A DNA stretch of 55,904 nucleotides, the filler included, from Trypethelium eluteriae (Eukaryota): assembly GCA_051942245.1 (NCBI GenBank). It is 2 parts of 2 records of this genome, joined end to end, with 100 filler letters (N's around TTAATTAATTAA, not from the genome) between each part and the next. Parts side by side here need not be neighbours in the genome. Positions count along the whole stretch, not along the records: positions 28,012 to 55,904 come from JAVECL010000321.1; 1 more part is not named here. One strand, written 5' to 3'. The notes beneath the pieces were generated by a model. The model was given only the letters and a program-made list of their open reading frames with translations. It had not been told where the DNA came from and did not search any database. Within the stretch, counting starts at the first letter, position 1; each line of letters opens with the position of its first letter. The position numbers were made by a program, and so were the translations under genes. Shown here piece by piece: positions 36,305 to 48,946 of this stretch.

Positions 36305-39300
36305 ATGACACCGCAAGAAGAATTCAGGTCAGAAGCCACTACAGCAGAGCTTGAGAGAGCTGCTTACATTCAGAAAGCGGAACAATATGCCCAGAAGCAG
36401 TATAATTTGGAGCAGAGGATGGCATCTTCGACGAAGAATGCGAATCAAGCTGAGAGAGGTGATGAGTCCGAGACTTCGCTTGCAGAACCTCATAAGCTCA
36501 ATTTCAACACTCTTGCTTCTTCGGCTAGTAATCAGCCGACTAGGCCGTCACCCGTTCCCGGCTCCTATCATCAGCAACTTCTCGCACAGGTCAAGACAAT
36601 GGGCTCTGATGTGGTGCCTAGCCGATCCCATGAGCCAGTAAATAAGACAGCCAAGGTTTGCAGTACACTCTCTGGACCCCCAAAGACCCTCTCAACTACC
36701 TCGCGACCGTCACTTATCCAGGGAACCGCGGATCATAGCGGAAGTTCCACTACGAGTGGCAGTGGTAATTCGCTACCTACAAAAATTTTGAATGCCAAGA
36801 GCGTGCCACCAAACATCGCACATGCCAAGATCAGACCAGAAGAGAATCTTACTGGGAGTGGCAGATTCGACAATCCGAGTTATCAGACCGGCAAAGAAAC
36901 AGCAGTCACCGAAGGATCAAAGGAAGGACCATTGGCAGCAAAGTCACCTAATTCCAGTAGACATCGTCTGCAGGAGATTGAGTCTCAATTGCGGGAGATC
37001 ATTCCATTAGGCAGCACCGATCAAGTGTTGACGCTGTCAGATAACGACTTTGAGCGCCTCGCTACTATCCTTGCCAAAGCAGGCAAAGAAGAATGGAGCA
37101 TACGGCCTCGCACTTTCGCCATCCTGAGGATGATCAATGCAGTAGATCTCATGGATGAGTTTGTGCAGAAGAATTGCTTAGACATCGCCCTTCCATATTC
37201 GTCCGGTAATATTCCGCAAAGTCTCTCTTCGAAGCAGAAGGCCCTATTCCTGAAGAGCCAGTCCTCCGTGATGAACAAAGAAGCCCAGAGCATCGAGGGA
37301 GGCGCCACAGCTAAACATGCTAACTTTCTTGAAAGTGTCGATCGTCGCCATCTGGAATGCCACGAGCGGCATGGCAAAGGCGGCACCGGCGAGGTCCATC
37401 GAGTTGTTAGCAAGCTTTCTGGCCGGGTCTACGTTAGAAAACGTCTCAAACGCAGAGAGACCTTCGAAGCAAGCGTTGCGGCCCTCAACTTCTTTAAACA
37501 GAAAGTCGGAATTATGAAGCAGCTAAAACACCGTCACTTGATACGCTACATAGGCTCGTATACTGATCCAGAATATGTTGGTATTCTTATGGCACCAGTA
37601 GGAGACATGGATTTCAAAGTCTTCTTAAGCCAGAAGTCCCTTCTATCTTACGACTACGCCTGCATTCGAGAAGCGTTTGGATGCCTCTGCTCCGCGATCA
37701 TGTATATGCATAGCGAGAAAAAGCGTCACAAAGACATCAAGCCCGAGAACATCATCGTGAGAGAAAGGAAGGTCTTTCTCACAGACTTTGGGCTTGCTGT
37801 CATTGGAAGATGGTAGGCCGAAGCACCACCACTGGATATCATGGGCCTGTTTCTGCAGGCTACGCAGCTCCAGAAGTGATGGAAAGTGATAAAAGGAATC
37901 GATCTGCGGATATTTGGTCGCTTGGGTGCGTCTTTTTGGACATGATCGTAAGTACTGAACAAGGAAGGCTCCGCAGTAATGCTAATACGGTTAGACTGTA
38001 TTGAATGGCGAGACACTTTGAGCGAAGTTGGATCATTTCAGAAACAATGGAGACTGCAGTGATTTCCACTTTGGCAATCTGAAGGCTATGAAGAGTTGGA
38101 TGAAGAGACTCGAGTCTAGGGACCACGAGGCTCCTCTCGATTGGATTAAGAATATGACTTCGAAAAATCCGGAGGCTCGTCTCACTGCTGCGCAGATCAT
38201 GGACAGAATCCTCGATTGCGAGGAAAACGCAGGCTATTACGGAATTTGTTGCAATAGCAAACAGGGACAGGAAGTACCAGCTGAACTACAGGAGTCTGGC
38301 GATGAGGATGATCCAGACCGCGAAGGTGCGCAAAGGTGCAAATCTCAAAAGGATTTCTGCTAAAATATTCCTACACAGGCGAGCAAAACATTGAGTTCTT
38401 AAGAATCAATGCCCCAGATTCCGCGGTCTTAGAGAAAAATATTTGCAACGCTGCGATCGCCCAGGATAAGAGGATGTTAAGAAGATGGCTTTCTAAAGTT
38501 CCGCATCTCCGTAGACAAAATATGACCACTCTTGCCATTCATCGTGCAGCTACCAATGGGAACAAAGATATCATCGACATCCTGATACGATTTGGCTGCA
38601 ATCTCGAACATACAATTAATGGTCACGTTCCGCTTTCACTTGCCGTCATGAACAATCGCACTACCGCGACAGAGCTTCTCGCTAGGACGAACACCGCTAT
38701 AAACGCGCAACATCTTACGACCTTAGACGCGCCTTTGCACCTTGCTGCTCGACACTCATTTCGTGCTGGACTGAGAATACTTTTGGAAGCTGGCGCTGAG
38801 GTCGATATCAGGAACAAGCACAAGTCAACCGCGTTGACGTTGGCGGCTGACAAGGGACAAGCTGAGAGTGTGAAGCTGCTACTCGAATATGAAGCAAATC
38901 CTGCTGCAAGGAATGAGGCCGGGTACTGCTCTTTGCAATTAGCTGCAGGCAGCGGATACAATAACATTGTGGATATTTTACTTGATAATGGCGCCGAGAT
39001 CGACATATTTGACGGATCAAGCAAACGACCTACCACACCACTTATCTGCGCTGTGCTCCACAATAAGCCAGCTACAGTACGATTGCTACTGGAAAGGGGT
39101 GCTGATATTAATTTTGAACGCAAAGTTGGCGGCAAGATTCATGCCAGTGCTGTTCACAATGGCCATTTGGAGAAATTTTCCCCGAGTTCTCGACGTACTA
39201 TTGGAATCTAAGCCAAATCTGGAGGTACAGGAAGGATAGCGATGGTCAGACTCCCTTGGTTCTGGCCTGCCACCGACCGAACGGCGATATTGTCGAGCGT

Positions 39301-40197
39301 TTAATTGCAGCTGGTGCGGATGCGAAAGTCAAGATCGATCCTCAGGTCCCGCTCGTATTCAGGGTATTTGTCCAGAAAAAGTTTGCAATAGCACAGCTTC
39401 TTGTTGACAAGGGCGCATCTTTGGAGTGGTGGGGCGTAAAGAAACAGACACTTCTCCATGGAGCAGTACTCACAGGGGACGACAACGCAGTTGAATTCTT
39501 GCTTCAGAATAAACTTGATGTCAACGCTCAGGACATGGAACATCAGACGCCACTTATGCTTGCCGCAATACACGACCAGCCAATCATTGCACAGAAATTT
39601 GTGGAACGTGGTGCATTGATTGATACTCAAGATCGCTTCGGGAATAATGCTCTCATTCATGCTGCAGCAACCGGATCCGTAGGAGTGACTCTACTGCTCT
39701 TAGAACACGGCTCAGACCCCACAATATTCTCGAAACGAGGCTTCAGCGCGGTCTCAGCTGCTATACAGTACGAGCACAAGGAGGTCTCTGAGATGATCAT
39801 GAAATCTCTAGAGTCTGCTGGAAGGCTCATCCACCATCCTAATTCTCCTCAGCCTCTCATTATCAAAAGAGCTGCTTTGCAGAATGGATACGAAATACGA
39901 CTCATGCCTAATGGAACACCATACATATATGTCTTCCCTCCAAGACATCAAGAAGCTATCTCCTCTACCGCCACTTACAACTCAAAGGATCTCAATGCAC
40001 TTTCAGGCTCGGGTCAGCCAGGGCAATTTTCCAGCAATCCCAACCTCGGGGCAGGTAGACCGGAAGGGCCTAAATATGCACCTGATGCATGGATTTCGCC
40101 TCAGGAGAATGGTCTGCCAACACCACAGTCATCAGAGGCTCATCGAGTGGAAGGCGAGGGTCGCAGATCTTCCATGGACTCAAATAGAGCAACATAA
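36305..40197 (+). pseudogene. Ser/Thr protein kinase + ankyrin-repeat protein, multiply disrupted
   Basis: Kinase motifs GKGGTGEV, HKDIKPEN, DFG, YAAPE and ADIWSLGCVF. Introns at 37948-37994 and 38326-38378. Many ankyrin repeats from 38530 to 39800. Lesions: frameshift at ~37802, in-frame TGA at 38019-38021, and frameshifts at ~39110-39135 and ~39228-39232. Confidence 0.85.
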
Positions 40198-42657
40198 AAT
40201 GCACCAATGACCCCGCCCCGCCCCGATCGGTTCAGAGACGAGTGGAAGAGATTCCAAGATGAGGTTTGGGCATCAGAAAAGAAACAATCCTGAAGCGGGA
40301 TCATTATGCTAAGGGAGTCACCCATGGATACTCATCTCATCGACCTGGTCAGATTGCTGCCGGTTCGACTCAATATGTGAATATCATCTTTCTATCTTCA
40401 TTGTATCCTAATGTGGCTATTTGAGAGCCTCGAACACTCAAGGAAATTTGTCATTCTCTAGAAGCCTGTCACATCTATGTTCTAGGTTGTCGATATTCAT
40501 TGCATTTCGTTCTAATGATAGCTCCTGTCTTCCTACCAGATTTTTCGATATACAGAAATAAACCAACTGCCACCTGTTATTCGGTCCGGAATCTGGTCTG
40601 GGTGCCCAAATCGTGTTCAGATTCTGATTAGATCTTGTCTTAGGTCCAAATTTCCTACTTACGAGGTCGAGAGCATTGGTATAATGTTGAAGTTGGACAA
40701 ATCGTATGGTTTACTACTAAAGGTCAAGAGATCTTAGAGATTCTAGAAATTTAGGACTATGGAGATGAGGAGATCGGTTCGCATATGTTCATTCGAACAT
40801 CATCATTGAATAGCCTCAGGAATCGCCAGGAGCTCCGAAACCCTCGAGAATTATTTTGGTCAAAGGCACAGCGTTCAGACCATAAGGCTATCGAGACGAG
40901 CTTCAATTTGGATATGGATGAGCCTACTCTCCAAGCAAAGCCCCTTCACCAATGGATAAACTCGGACAATTCAACATTGAGGCGTTCAATGACTGGTGGC
41001 CTAGTTCTTCCAAACCATGTACCTGCAATTCTTTCTCACGGTCCTTCTTTTCTAGTTATCTGTTTTCTCCACTCAAGTTGAATTAATGCTCCCATTCTGT
41101 ATGAGATTGCTGTATACCTCACGCGGTTGATGTCTGGTATCATCTAAAGAGCTTTATCCAATGATGTCTTTAAGTTGTCTTGCCTCCTTCGTGGCTATCG
41201 CAGTAACTCGGAGGTCGATTTTTATGCCCGGATGGTGGTATCGAGCCTAGAAAGCCGCTTTCGTAACACTCGGGTTCGTAGTAATAGATTGGAAATTAGG
41301 CACTGCATCGAGTGGAGTTGCTGCGACCGACGGAGAGAGCATCATTTGATCATAGGCAGCTGAGGCATATAACCGAGAATGTGACGCCGGTGGAGTTAGA
41401 TGGAACACTCGCTTGAGCCCATTGATCGTTACTTCGAGTTTTTGAATAGTTGTAGCCTTTTGAACTACGTTGTCTGCAAAACGCTCAGTTTCATTCTTGA
41501 GTCTTTTGACTTTCGTCCGAGTGTTCTGCTCTCGATTCTTCCATAAGTTGTATAGCACTTGCACATTTTCTACCAGTGTGATTCTGTGCGACTATCACTT
41601 GTTTGTGGGTGATCTAGTGGGTGGACCATGCTGTGCAGTTATGGAGTAGAAAGCTTGTACAGTAGTATCTCAGTAATGTAGGTCGCCTCGCAGCGCAGGG
41701 ATACCACATCTGACACGTTAGACTTTGCAGGATCTGTTGAGGGTCTGGAAGAGGAATATGAGGTGTTCACAAAGGTCCCGCGTTTGTCTGGTCTGTCAGA
41801 AGTTTAGCATAGCAGGTATTTAGAGGAAGGTAGAGTATTCCTACCAACCTAGGTACTTGGTAGGTACCTTACCTACCTCTAGGTACCTCAGGCAAGGTAC
41901 CTCTCAAATGGTCACGTGCTCTTCATGTGAAGGAATGGAACGTGTCCGATTTTGACACAGACCACCATCACCCCCAGACCTTTAGAGTATCTCATCGAAT
42001 TCGGTGTTCTGGTATTGGCATATTCGGCCATTTGCTCTGCGAACTCCATGCAGTCGCTTGTAGTAGTTGTTGTATATGTGCTGAATTTGATTTTGATCTA
42101 TTTCTTCCTCCTACCTTCGCCGAAAATGAATGGTCTTGGGGTGGTGTGCCCGTTCCTCCCTTCCTAACAGAATCTGTACTTGTTTGGTTGTCCCATCTCT
42201 ACGTCAGTAAACATATAAAGAGTAAGGTATCTCAAGAAGCGAATGATCATATGCACTCGCCCATACCGCGAATCGGACACAAGGAATTGAATCGCCTGGA
42301 ATGTGCCCACAGCGTCAATGATTGTGCATAATTCCACCTTCGTACATTGGTTACCTCATCACTTTCTGCGTCTCTTGCAGTCTCGCGGCCTTGCTCACAT
42401 CACTGCTTGATAGTCTCGCTTCCAGCACGGTCCTGAGAAATTAGCCCGCTAAAGCCGCGTCATTCTAACGGGCCAACGGCAGAGCGGCAATTCTGGCCGT
42501 GAACAGCAATGAATGCGGTACACACCTCTTTGAGCCAGTGGGCTCTTAATTTACCACTACACATCCAACTTTACTCCTCAGGGAATGAACAAGCATACTT
42601 CTGACACAACGAGTCGGTCATCGGTTTCCTTGCCCCTATATTTACTCTTCTTGTTGC

Positions 42658-43939
42658 TCATCCGACTACCCTTCTCCTTGCGCTTCTCCTTGCGCTTCCG
42701 AAGCACTTTCCCTCATCCTTCTTCTTTCCCTCCGCCCTCTCTTTCCTGTCACGCCACTCCGAGTACAGGCATGCTTCGGCACAAGCCCCCACTCTGTTTC
42801 CTCCCGGGTACTTGGACTCACCCTGACTATTTTCACATACAAGGCTGACATTGTAATAACATCTACATCTGTGACACTGGTTTTTGGTCTGGAAGTCTGA
42901 ACCTATCGCTTGCCATACATGGTTCCTGGCATCAAACAGAAATTCAGGATGGCTCTTTTGAAACTGTTGTTGGAGTTGTTTCCAGTTTCCGGCAGTCAAT
43001 TTCTTTCCTTTTATTGGGAAGAGTTCTTCTTTCAGCTTATCAAGCTTTTCTGATGCTCTCTCAAAGTGTGACTCTCGAATGTAGGTGGGGATTCGGGCAT
43101 CCCTTGACTCAGCGAAGAAGTCAGCCCATGGATGATTTGCTCGCTGGTTAGGTTTTATACTAGGCCAAGATTGCCGCGAAGCTCCGATTGTTCGTGTTGT
43201 CTCGTCGAAACAAATGGTTTCTGGTACAGTGCCCAGGATTCTGCATCTTGATCTGCGCATGGCCTCATAACATTTCCAGTCGCCCTTCTGTAGCTTTGTT
43301 ATGAAGTTCTGGAGGGCTTCTTTTTGACGTTGAACAGGATAGCTTGTTTCGTCACTTTTTGTCTCTGGGTCTTGTGTTGCGACTCGGATAATCAGGATTA
43401 GGATTTCGTGGGCGCTTCGGCATATCCACCTATCTTGTATGTTGTACTCAGTAGGATCATTAGGATTATTTAGTATTGCACGGAACTGGAAAGTACTCAC
43501 CAGCAAATGTCCTATTTTCGGGAAGTCTCTCATTCACTTCTCTGATTTTGAGTCTTACATCCTTAGTCAAACGTTTGAAATCCCCATTCCTCAGACCCTT
43601 GCTCATAACCCACTCACAAAAGTGCTCAAACAATCGGAGATGTTGCGCGATAACACAGTACAAAATAGGGATCAGGCGACCATCTAGTTCTTGCAAGTTG
43701 TGTTCCGTGCTTTTGCGCAACGCCCCAGCATCATCGGCACTGGAAGAGAGATACGCCACAGAATCATCAACATCTCTCAGCAACACTTTAAGTAAGTCAC
43801 ACTCATGAGTTTCTTGAGAAGAGCACCTCTGATACCATTCCTCAAAATCAACTTGTGGACTGGGGATCAGACATAGGGAAGGAGAGCTCCATCCCTCCCC
43901 TGGCAACTGAAGATATTCTCGTTCTGGCATTGTTGTCAT
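42658..43939 (-). CDS. Hypothetical protein (~404 aa) with a C-terminal CxxC...CAE motif
   Basis: Exons 43939-43501 and 43433-42658 are joined in frame by a GTGAGT..TACTGAG..AAG intron. The true start is uncertain because the frame stays open 16 codons upstream of the ATG. Confidence 0.6.
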
Positions 43940-44065
43940 GTGTAATCTTGTACATTCGGCAATATCACTGAGCTCAAAATCTGCTATCTATGTTATAATA
44001 CCACCCAGACGAGCAAGCAAACTGTGCGAAAGTTTGCACGGCAGGACATGCCTACACAAACTCAA

Positions 44066-44938
44066 TCAGTCAAACCTTTCTGCAAACTCAAGAACAAAGC
44101 CCCCTGAATGAGCTCGCGTAAAATCAAACAGCTTTCTGGCAGTAGTACGCTTTGGATGTTTGAAGCTCTGCATGCCTGCATCGTACCCAAAGTCATTTTC
44201 GTCTAGCGTGAGTTGGGCACATGAGATCGGTGTATCAAACCCTTCTAGAGTATACGTGCGTCTGCGAGGTTCTGCACGCTCCCAAAGCGCGTAGTTATTT
44301 GAGTCAACATGATATCCGAAAAATCGAGGTTGAGCGACAATCCATAAACTGTCGTCCACAAGACACTTAAAAACAGAGAAGCGTGTATCGTTCCATCCTT
44401 CTTTGTCAGAATAGGTGATCAACGTGCCTATTTCTAGAGATGGTCCAAGGTCCGGTTTCGCCTAGAAAATTTTCAGTATCATCTCAACCTGATGAATCTG
44501 AAAGGATCTGGAACTCACGTATGGCTCGTCTTCACCCACTGGACGCATCAATATCTCTTGCGTCTTGAGCTCATCAATGAAGAAAGCAGCGAGGGTGGCG
44601 CTTGAATGAACATCGAAATTTAGCTCGCCTTTGTGGTGTTCGCCGGTCATGATAAAACGACCATCAAGACCATTCATCATTCCATAGTCGACCCCGTTCC
44701 GAGCTCCAAGATGAAGGAAACGAGTACCTGGCTTTTCCAACTTGCCATGGATCTCACACAGTTCGTCTTCGGTGGAGTTCCGAGTGATTCGATGCAATTC
44801 TGCTTTAAATTCTTCGAGCGATAATTGTGGTCCTCGTATATTGAGAGTGAAGCGATCCAGTGGGAAAGGATAGTTGGAACGCTGCGCATCTGACTCGCTC
44901 ACGTCATCCGACCAGTCCGAGTCGTCGAAGTCGGCCAT
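44066..44938 (-). CDS. Hypothetical protein (~271 aa) with an acidic N-terminus
   Basis: ATG at 44938 (MADFDDSDWSDD). Intron 44518-44462 (GTGAGT..TACTGAA..TAG) joins two ORFs in frame. Confidence 0.55.
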
Positions 44939-45943
44939 GATTTGCGTATAGGACTGGACACGCCAATCAGGCTGTTCGGACCGGATTATTTTTTTCACTA
45001 ATGCTGGAGCTCTGCAGTGCAGAAAGCAAAAAGTGACCGATGTCAGCAGTGACGGGAGAGGCCAATGAGTAAGACTGAATAACGTCTGAAATGGTTGCTT
45101 GCGCTGGACCGCAACTCTGACTCTGTATTTATATGTGAGACATCGACCTTGCTTAAGGTTATGCTACCTGCTTCCACGCATGCGGAGTACTGTGGAGACT
45201 ATCCAAACAAAGATTCTCTCTGCACCCGGAATAGTGAGGAACCGCATGCGGAACTTTTCAACCCCTGCGGAAGCTGCCGTTCGATCATGATCTGCATCTT
45301 AAGTGGCAATGACTGCGTGCGAAGTATACTGTAGTTTCCAGACAAGGGCTCTTTCTGCACCCGGAAGATTCTGATTATCTGTCAGCATATTAATCGTACT
45401 GCAAGAATGCTTGGCGTTCGTGGCATGTACGGCACAGAGAGGAATGTAAGTATGATTCGGGTTCGCCAACCTTGGCTTCCTCACGGGGCGCCGAGGAGAC
45501 AATGCGACGATCCAAGAGTTGAACGTGATGCTGCGTGGCATGGCGCTTTCGACCAAGAGGTTGCGCGAAGATGTACATCAGCTCCTTCACTCCAAGTCCA
45601 AGGGATACTCCCGGGACAACTATGCTCAATTCGAAGGACTCTCGCAATGCTTTACGATTAGCAAGAGATTCATCCCTTCCTGTTCAACGCGACTCTGGGT
45701 GCAACACGCTTGCTATCTCTTTCCTTACAGATACGAAAGTTACTCGTCCAAAACATTGTCCTTTGACACAAAATATGCCTGCATGCCTGCAGCTTGGTAT
45801 CGCCGAAGATATATCATAGCGCAAGACTTCAGTCTCGGAATCTTTGCGGTATTAGTAGTTGGACAAACTTGGGTGATGTATTTAAAGTATATGATCCATT
45901 AGCATTCGCCTCAACAGGGAAGACTTTCCTTCTCCTGCAGATA

Positions 45944-46900
45944 TCAGACCTCTTGAATAGCTCGCGCTCGGGCATCCCAGGCCCTTTGTGTCACTCTAGC
46001 CTCTGGGGCCGCACCATCGAATCCATGATAACATCCGTTCCACACATGGAGCTCTGCTGGGATCCCTTCCGCCCAGAACCTGTTCACGTACTTCAAGCAA
46101 TCGTCCCGAAAGATATCACAATCTCCAACGTCCAAGTACATCGAGGGTAGACCTGCTGCTGACTCCATCCTGGCCGCTGCCTCCGTAGGCTGCACATCTT
46201 CTGCCCCGCGTCGTGAACCAAGAATACCAACCCAACAGGTGTCGATGGTGGCGTGATCTACAGTCAAGAAGGGGGCCATGTGAAGATCTGGAGATGCAAG
46301 TCCAAGACGATCATCCAGCATTGGGTAGATGAGGACTTGTTTCGCGATCCTTGGCCCTTGCCTCTCACGAACGAGATGCGTCAGACAGGCTGCCAGACCA
46401 CCACCTCCGCTATCACCGACGACAACAATCCTTTCCGGATCGATCTTGAGGTCGGCGGCATGGGAGCTCAAGTAAATCAATCCAGCGTATGCATCTTGCA
46501 CGCCCTGCAGAGGGGCGCTGTACGGAGCATTTCGGAATTCCACGGATAAGGCAGGGACACCGGAATGAGAGACGAGATATGAGACGATAGGTCTGTATGA
46601 AGCTGCAGAGCTGGCGACCATGCCACCACCGTGAAGATATAGAATCACAGAGCCTGGAGATGAGCCACTCTTGGTGTGCCAATAAAGAGGTACCGTATGG
46701 GAGTCTTCGGAAGTGGTGGAAAGGTTTTGTACAGATACTCCGGGAGCAGGTTTTGCAATCGAAGCTGCGTGATCGATAAACCGCTTGGAGAATTCCTTAA
46801 TGGCAGCCAGATCGCCTGGAGCAGGTGGGGGGCCTTTGGGCAAGGCGGCAGTGAGGGCCTCAAGACCAGATGCGACTTCCGGATCCAGCGCGAATGGCAT
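45944..46900 (-). CDS. Alpha/beta hydrolase, hormone-sensitive-lipase (Abhydrolase_3) family esterase (318 aa)
   Basis: Intronless ORF with an HGGG oxyanion motif, GDSGGG nucleophile elbow, YPMLDDR, D(IF)RD and HGFD. Confidence 0.93.
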   Translation of the reverse strand: MPFALDPEVASGLEALTAALPKGPPPAPGDLAAIKEFSKRFIDHAASIAKPAPGVSVQNLSTTSEDSHTVPLYWHTKSGSSPGSVILYLHGGGMVASSAASYRPIVSYLVSHSGVPALSVEFRNAPYSAPLQGVQDAYAGLIYLSSHAADLKIDPERIVVVGDSGGGGLAACLTHLVRERQGPRIAKQVLIYPMLDDRLGLASPDLHMAPFLTVDHATIDTCWVGILGSRRGAEDVQPTEAAARMESAAGLPSMYLDVGDCDIFRDDCLKYVNRFWAEGIPAELHVWNGCYHGFDGAAPEARVTQRAWDARARAIQEV

Positions 46901-48106
46901 TTTTGCAGAATGTAGTCAGCAAAATACTGAGTTCGAACCTACCTGGCAGCCGTCTTTTGGCTCAAATAAATAGAAACCAGGAGAATCGTTTTGTCCGGGC
47001 TTGGTCCGCCTGCTATTTCTTAATGAGGTAAAGCTCTTTATCTCCCGTCTTGGTTAATGGCGCATTTGTCATCAATGTTCAGGAGCGGAGAAAAAGAAGC
47101 ACTCTCCGTAGGTTATAGTGGTTACAGTGGTTTGCGGATGCTAATAACTATCCCGCTAAGCCGATGGCGAGATTGCAAGAGAATCACCACCCACGCTATG
47201 TCAATGAACTGTATTATTTTAGCAGGTAGCCGCAGTAATAAAGTTGCGTCGTTCTGGTGGACCGCAAACTCGAAGCTGGTCGTAGACTGTGTCGATGGAC
47301 AAGCATGCGCGAGGTAGAAAGCTCAGTTGTTCAGACCAAGTTGACGACAAAGGCTTTACAATTCGCTTAAAGGAACTTCGCAGCAGCTGAAGGCCAACTC
47401 CTCTTCTCCTGACTCATGGAGCGTGAATTACGAGCCTGGAGCACCGTGCGCTTCACCGTGTTGGACAAGAACGGGCTGGGTACGACACAGAGATACCCAT
47501 CAAAAGGGTGGAGATCAAGGATCAGGAAGATTGACGGCCACCAAGACTTTGTACACAGTATTATACTCAGTACAGAGTACAACGAGCTTATACGGAACAT
47601 TCTTGTCTTCAGCGCCCGGGCGGGCAGAAGTTGGGCCGTTTCGGGGAGATTCGAAACCAAAAAGGTAGCGATCGTCGTGCTGTTCTCCCGGCCTCATTGA
47701 CTCGTCCCATCCAAACACCAACACTCGCACTTTCAGATGTACCACCTCGGAGACTATGAGAGCTTCAACACGATGTCTTGTACCATGACCGAAGCATTTC
47801 CATGTCCAATAACTCTTTTTCTTAATGGCTTCCAACGACTATATAAGGACCCCATGGTCCCAAGGTGGGTCAAATAGAATCACAATCTCCATACCAGAGA
47901 CCTCAGACTTTCAGCATCTTCCATTACAGTTGAATCAGGCACTCGACAGAGACATTTACTTTGACCTACTCAAGTTTACATCAACAGCACAAGCTCTCAA
48001 AGCCCTTCGCATCCTCACGCCATCTATCAGTCCTATAACCCAATAGATCAGTGACCGGAGATCTCAAAGCCTTTCAAACTTACCACATATCAACCCCTCA
48101 AGAACA

Positions 48107-48946
48107 ATGGCCAGCACAACTACTCCCAAACCCAGCCTCGCCTTCTTCGGCGCCACCGGCGGCTGCGCCGGCGCCGCCCTCGCCCTCGCCCTCAAAGCCG
48201 GCTACACCGTGCACGCCCTCGCCCGAACCCCGTCCAAACTCCGCAAGTTCATGAGCGAGACCCACAGCGTACCAGACGACGCCCTGAACGCACATCTGCA
48301 CGTCGTCGAGGGCTCGGTATCAGACGCGCAGGCGGTGCGCGAAGTGCTGCTGATCGGCGGGACGGTGGCGTCGGTGGTGGTGTTCGGCATCGGGTCGTAC
48401 CCGAAGTTCAACAAGAGCCTGCGGACGCCGTTTACGCTGGAGGACCCGCACGTGTGCGCGGGCGCGATGCGCGCCATTGTCGAGGCGGCGGACGGCTTGA
48501 AGTGCTATATGCGGGGGGAGGTGGGCCGCGAGCAGAAGCCGTTGGTGGTGACGATTAGTACGACGGGGGTGACGCGCAAGACGAGGGATGTGCCGGCGGT
48601 CGTGCTGCCGATGTATCATTACTTTCTTCGCGTCATGCACGATGATAAGCGCGAGATGGAGGATATCTTGGAGGCGGCGACGGTGGGCTCGAATAAGGAA
48701 GGGAAGAAGCCGTTTGGGAGGTCCGTGGTGATTAGGCCGTCCTTGCTGACGGATGGGGAGCCAAAGGGGCTGGAGAAGGTGAGGGTGGGCTGGGAGGCGC
48801 ATGCTGATGAGTCGAAGGAAGGTCAAGGTCCGGCGGTGGGATATGCAATTAATCGGGCGGATGTAGGTGCCTGGATCTTTGCGGAAGTCATTGAGAAGGA
48901 GGCCAACACACCATGGGCCGGTAAGGCGGTGAGTCTGACTTATTGA
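48107..48946 (+). CDS. NAD(P)-binding Rossmann protein, flavin reductase/BVR-B-like atypical SDR (279 aa)
   Basis: FFGATGGC, ALARTPSKL, ISTTG, HDDKREME, IRPSLLTDG and GYAINRADV. Strong GC3 codon bias. Confidence 0.88.
   Translation: MASTTTPKPSLAFFGATGGCAGAALALALKAGYTVHALARTPSKLRKFMSETHSVPDDALNAHLHVVEGSVSDAQAVREVLLIGGTVASVVVFGIGSYPKFNKSLRTPFTLEDPHVCAGAMRAIVEAADGLKCYMRGEVGREQKPLVVTISTTGVTRKTRDVPAVVLPMYHYFLRVMHDDKREMEDILEAATVGSNKEGKKPFGRSVVIRPSLLTDGEPKGLEKVRVGWEAHADESKEGQGPAVGYAINRADVGAWIFAEVIEKEANTPWAGKAVSLTY

Noticed and set aside
41247..41564. 105-aa coiled-coil-like ORF
   Set aside because: No ATG start, an upstream in-frame stop and no convincing upstream exon. It may be a gene relic but cannot be supported.
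45095..45902. Overlapping short ORFs downstream of the esterase
   Set aside because: No recognisable family and no consistent frame.
47416..47880. Possible relic of a patatin-like gene
   Set aside because: Only a vague resemblance. None of the diagnostic patatin motifs (DGGG, GTSTG, DGG) is visible.
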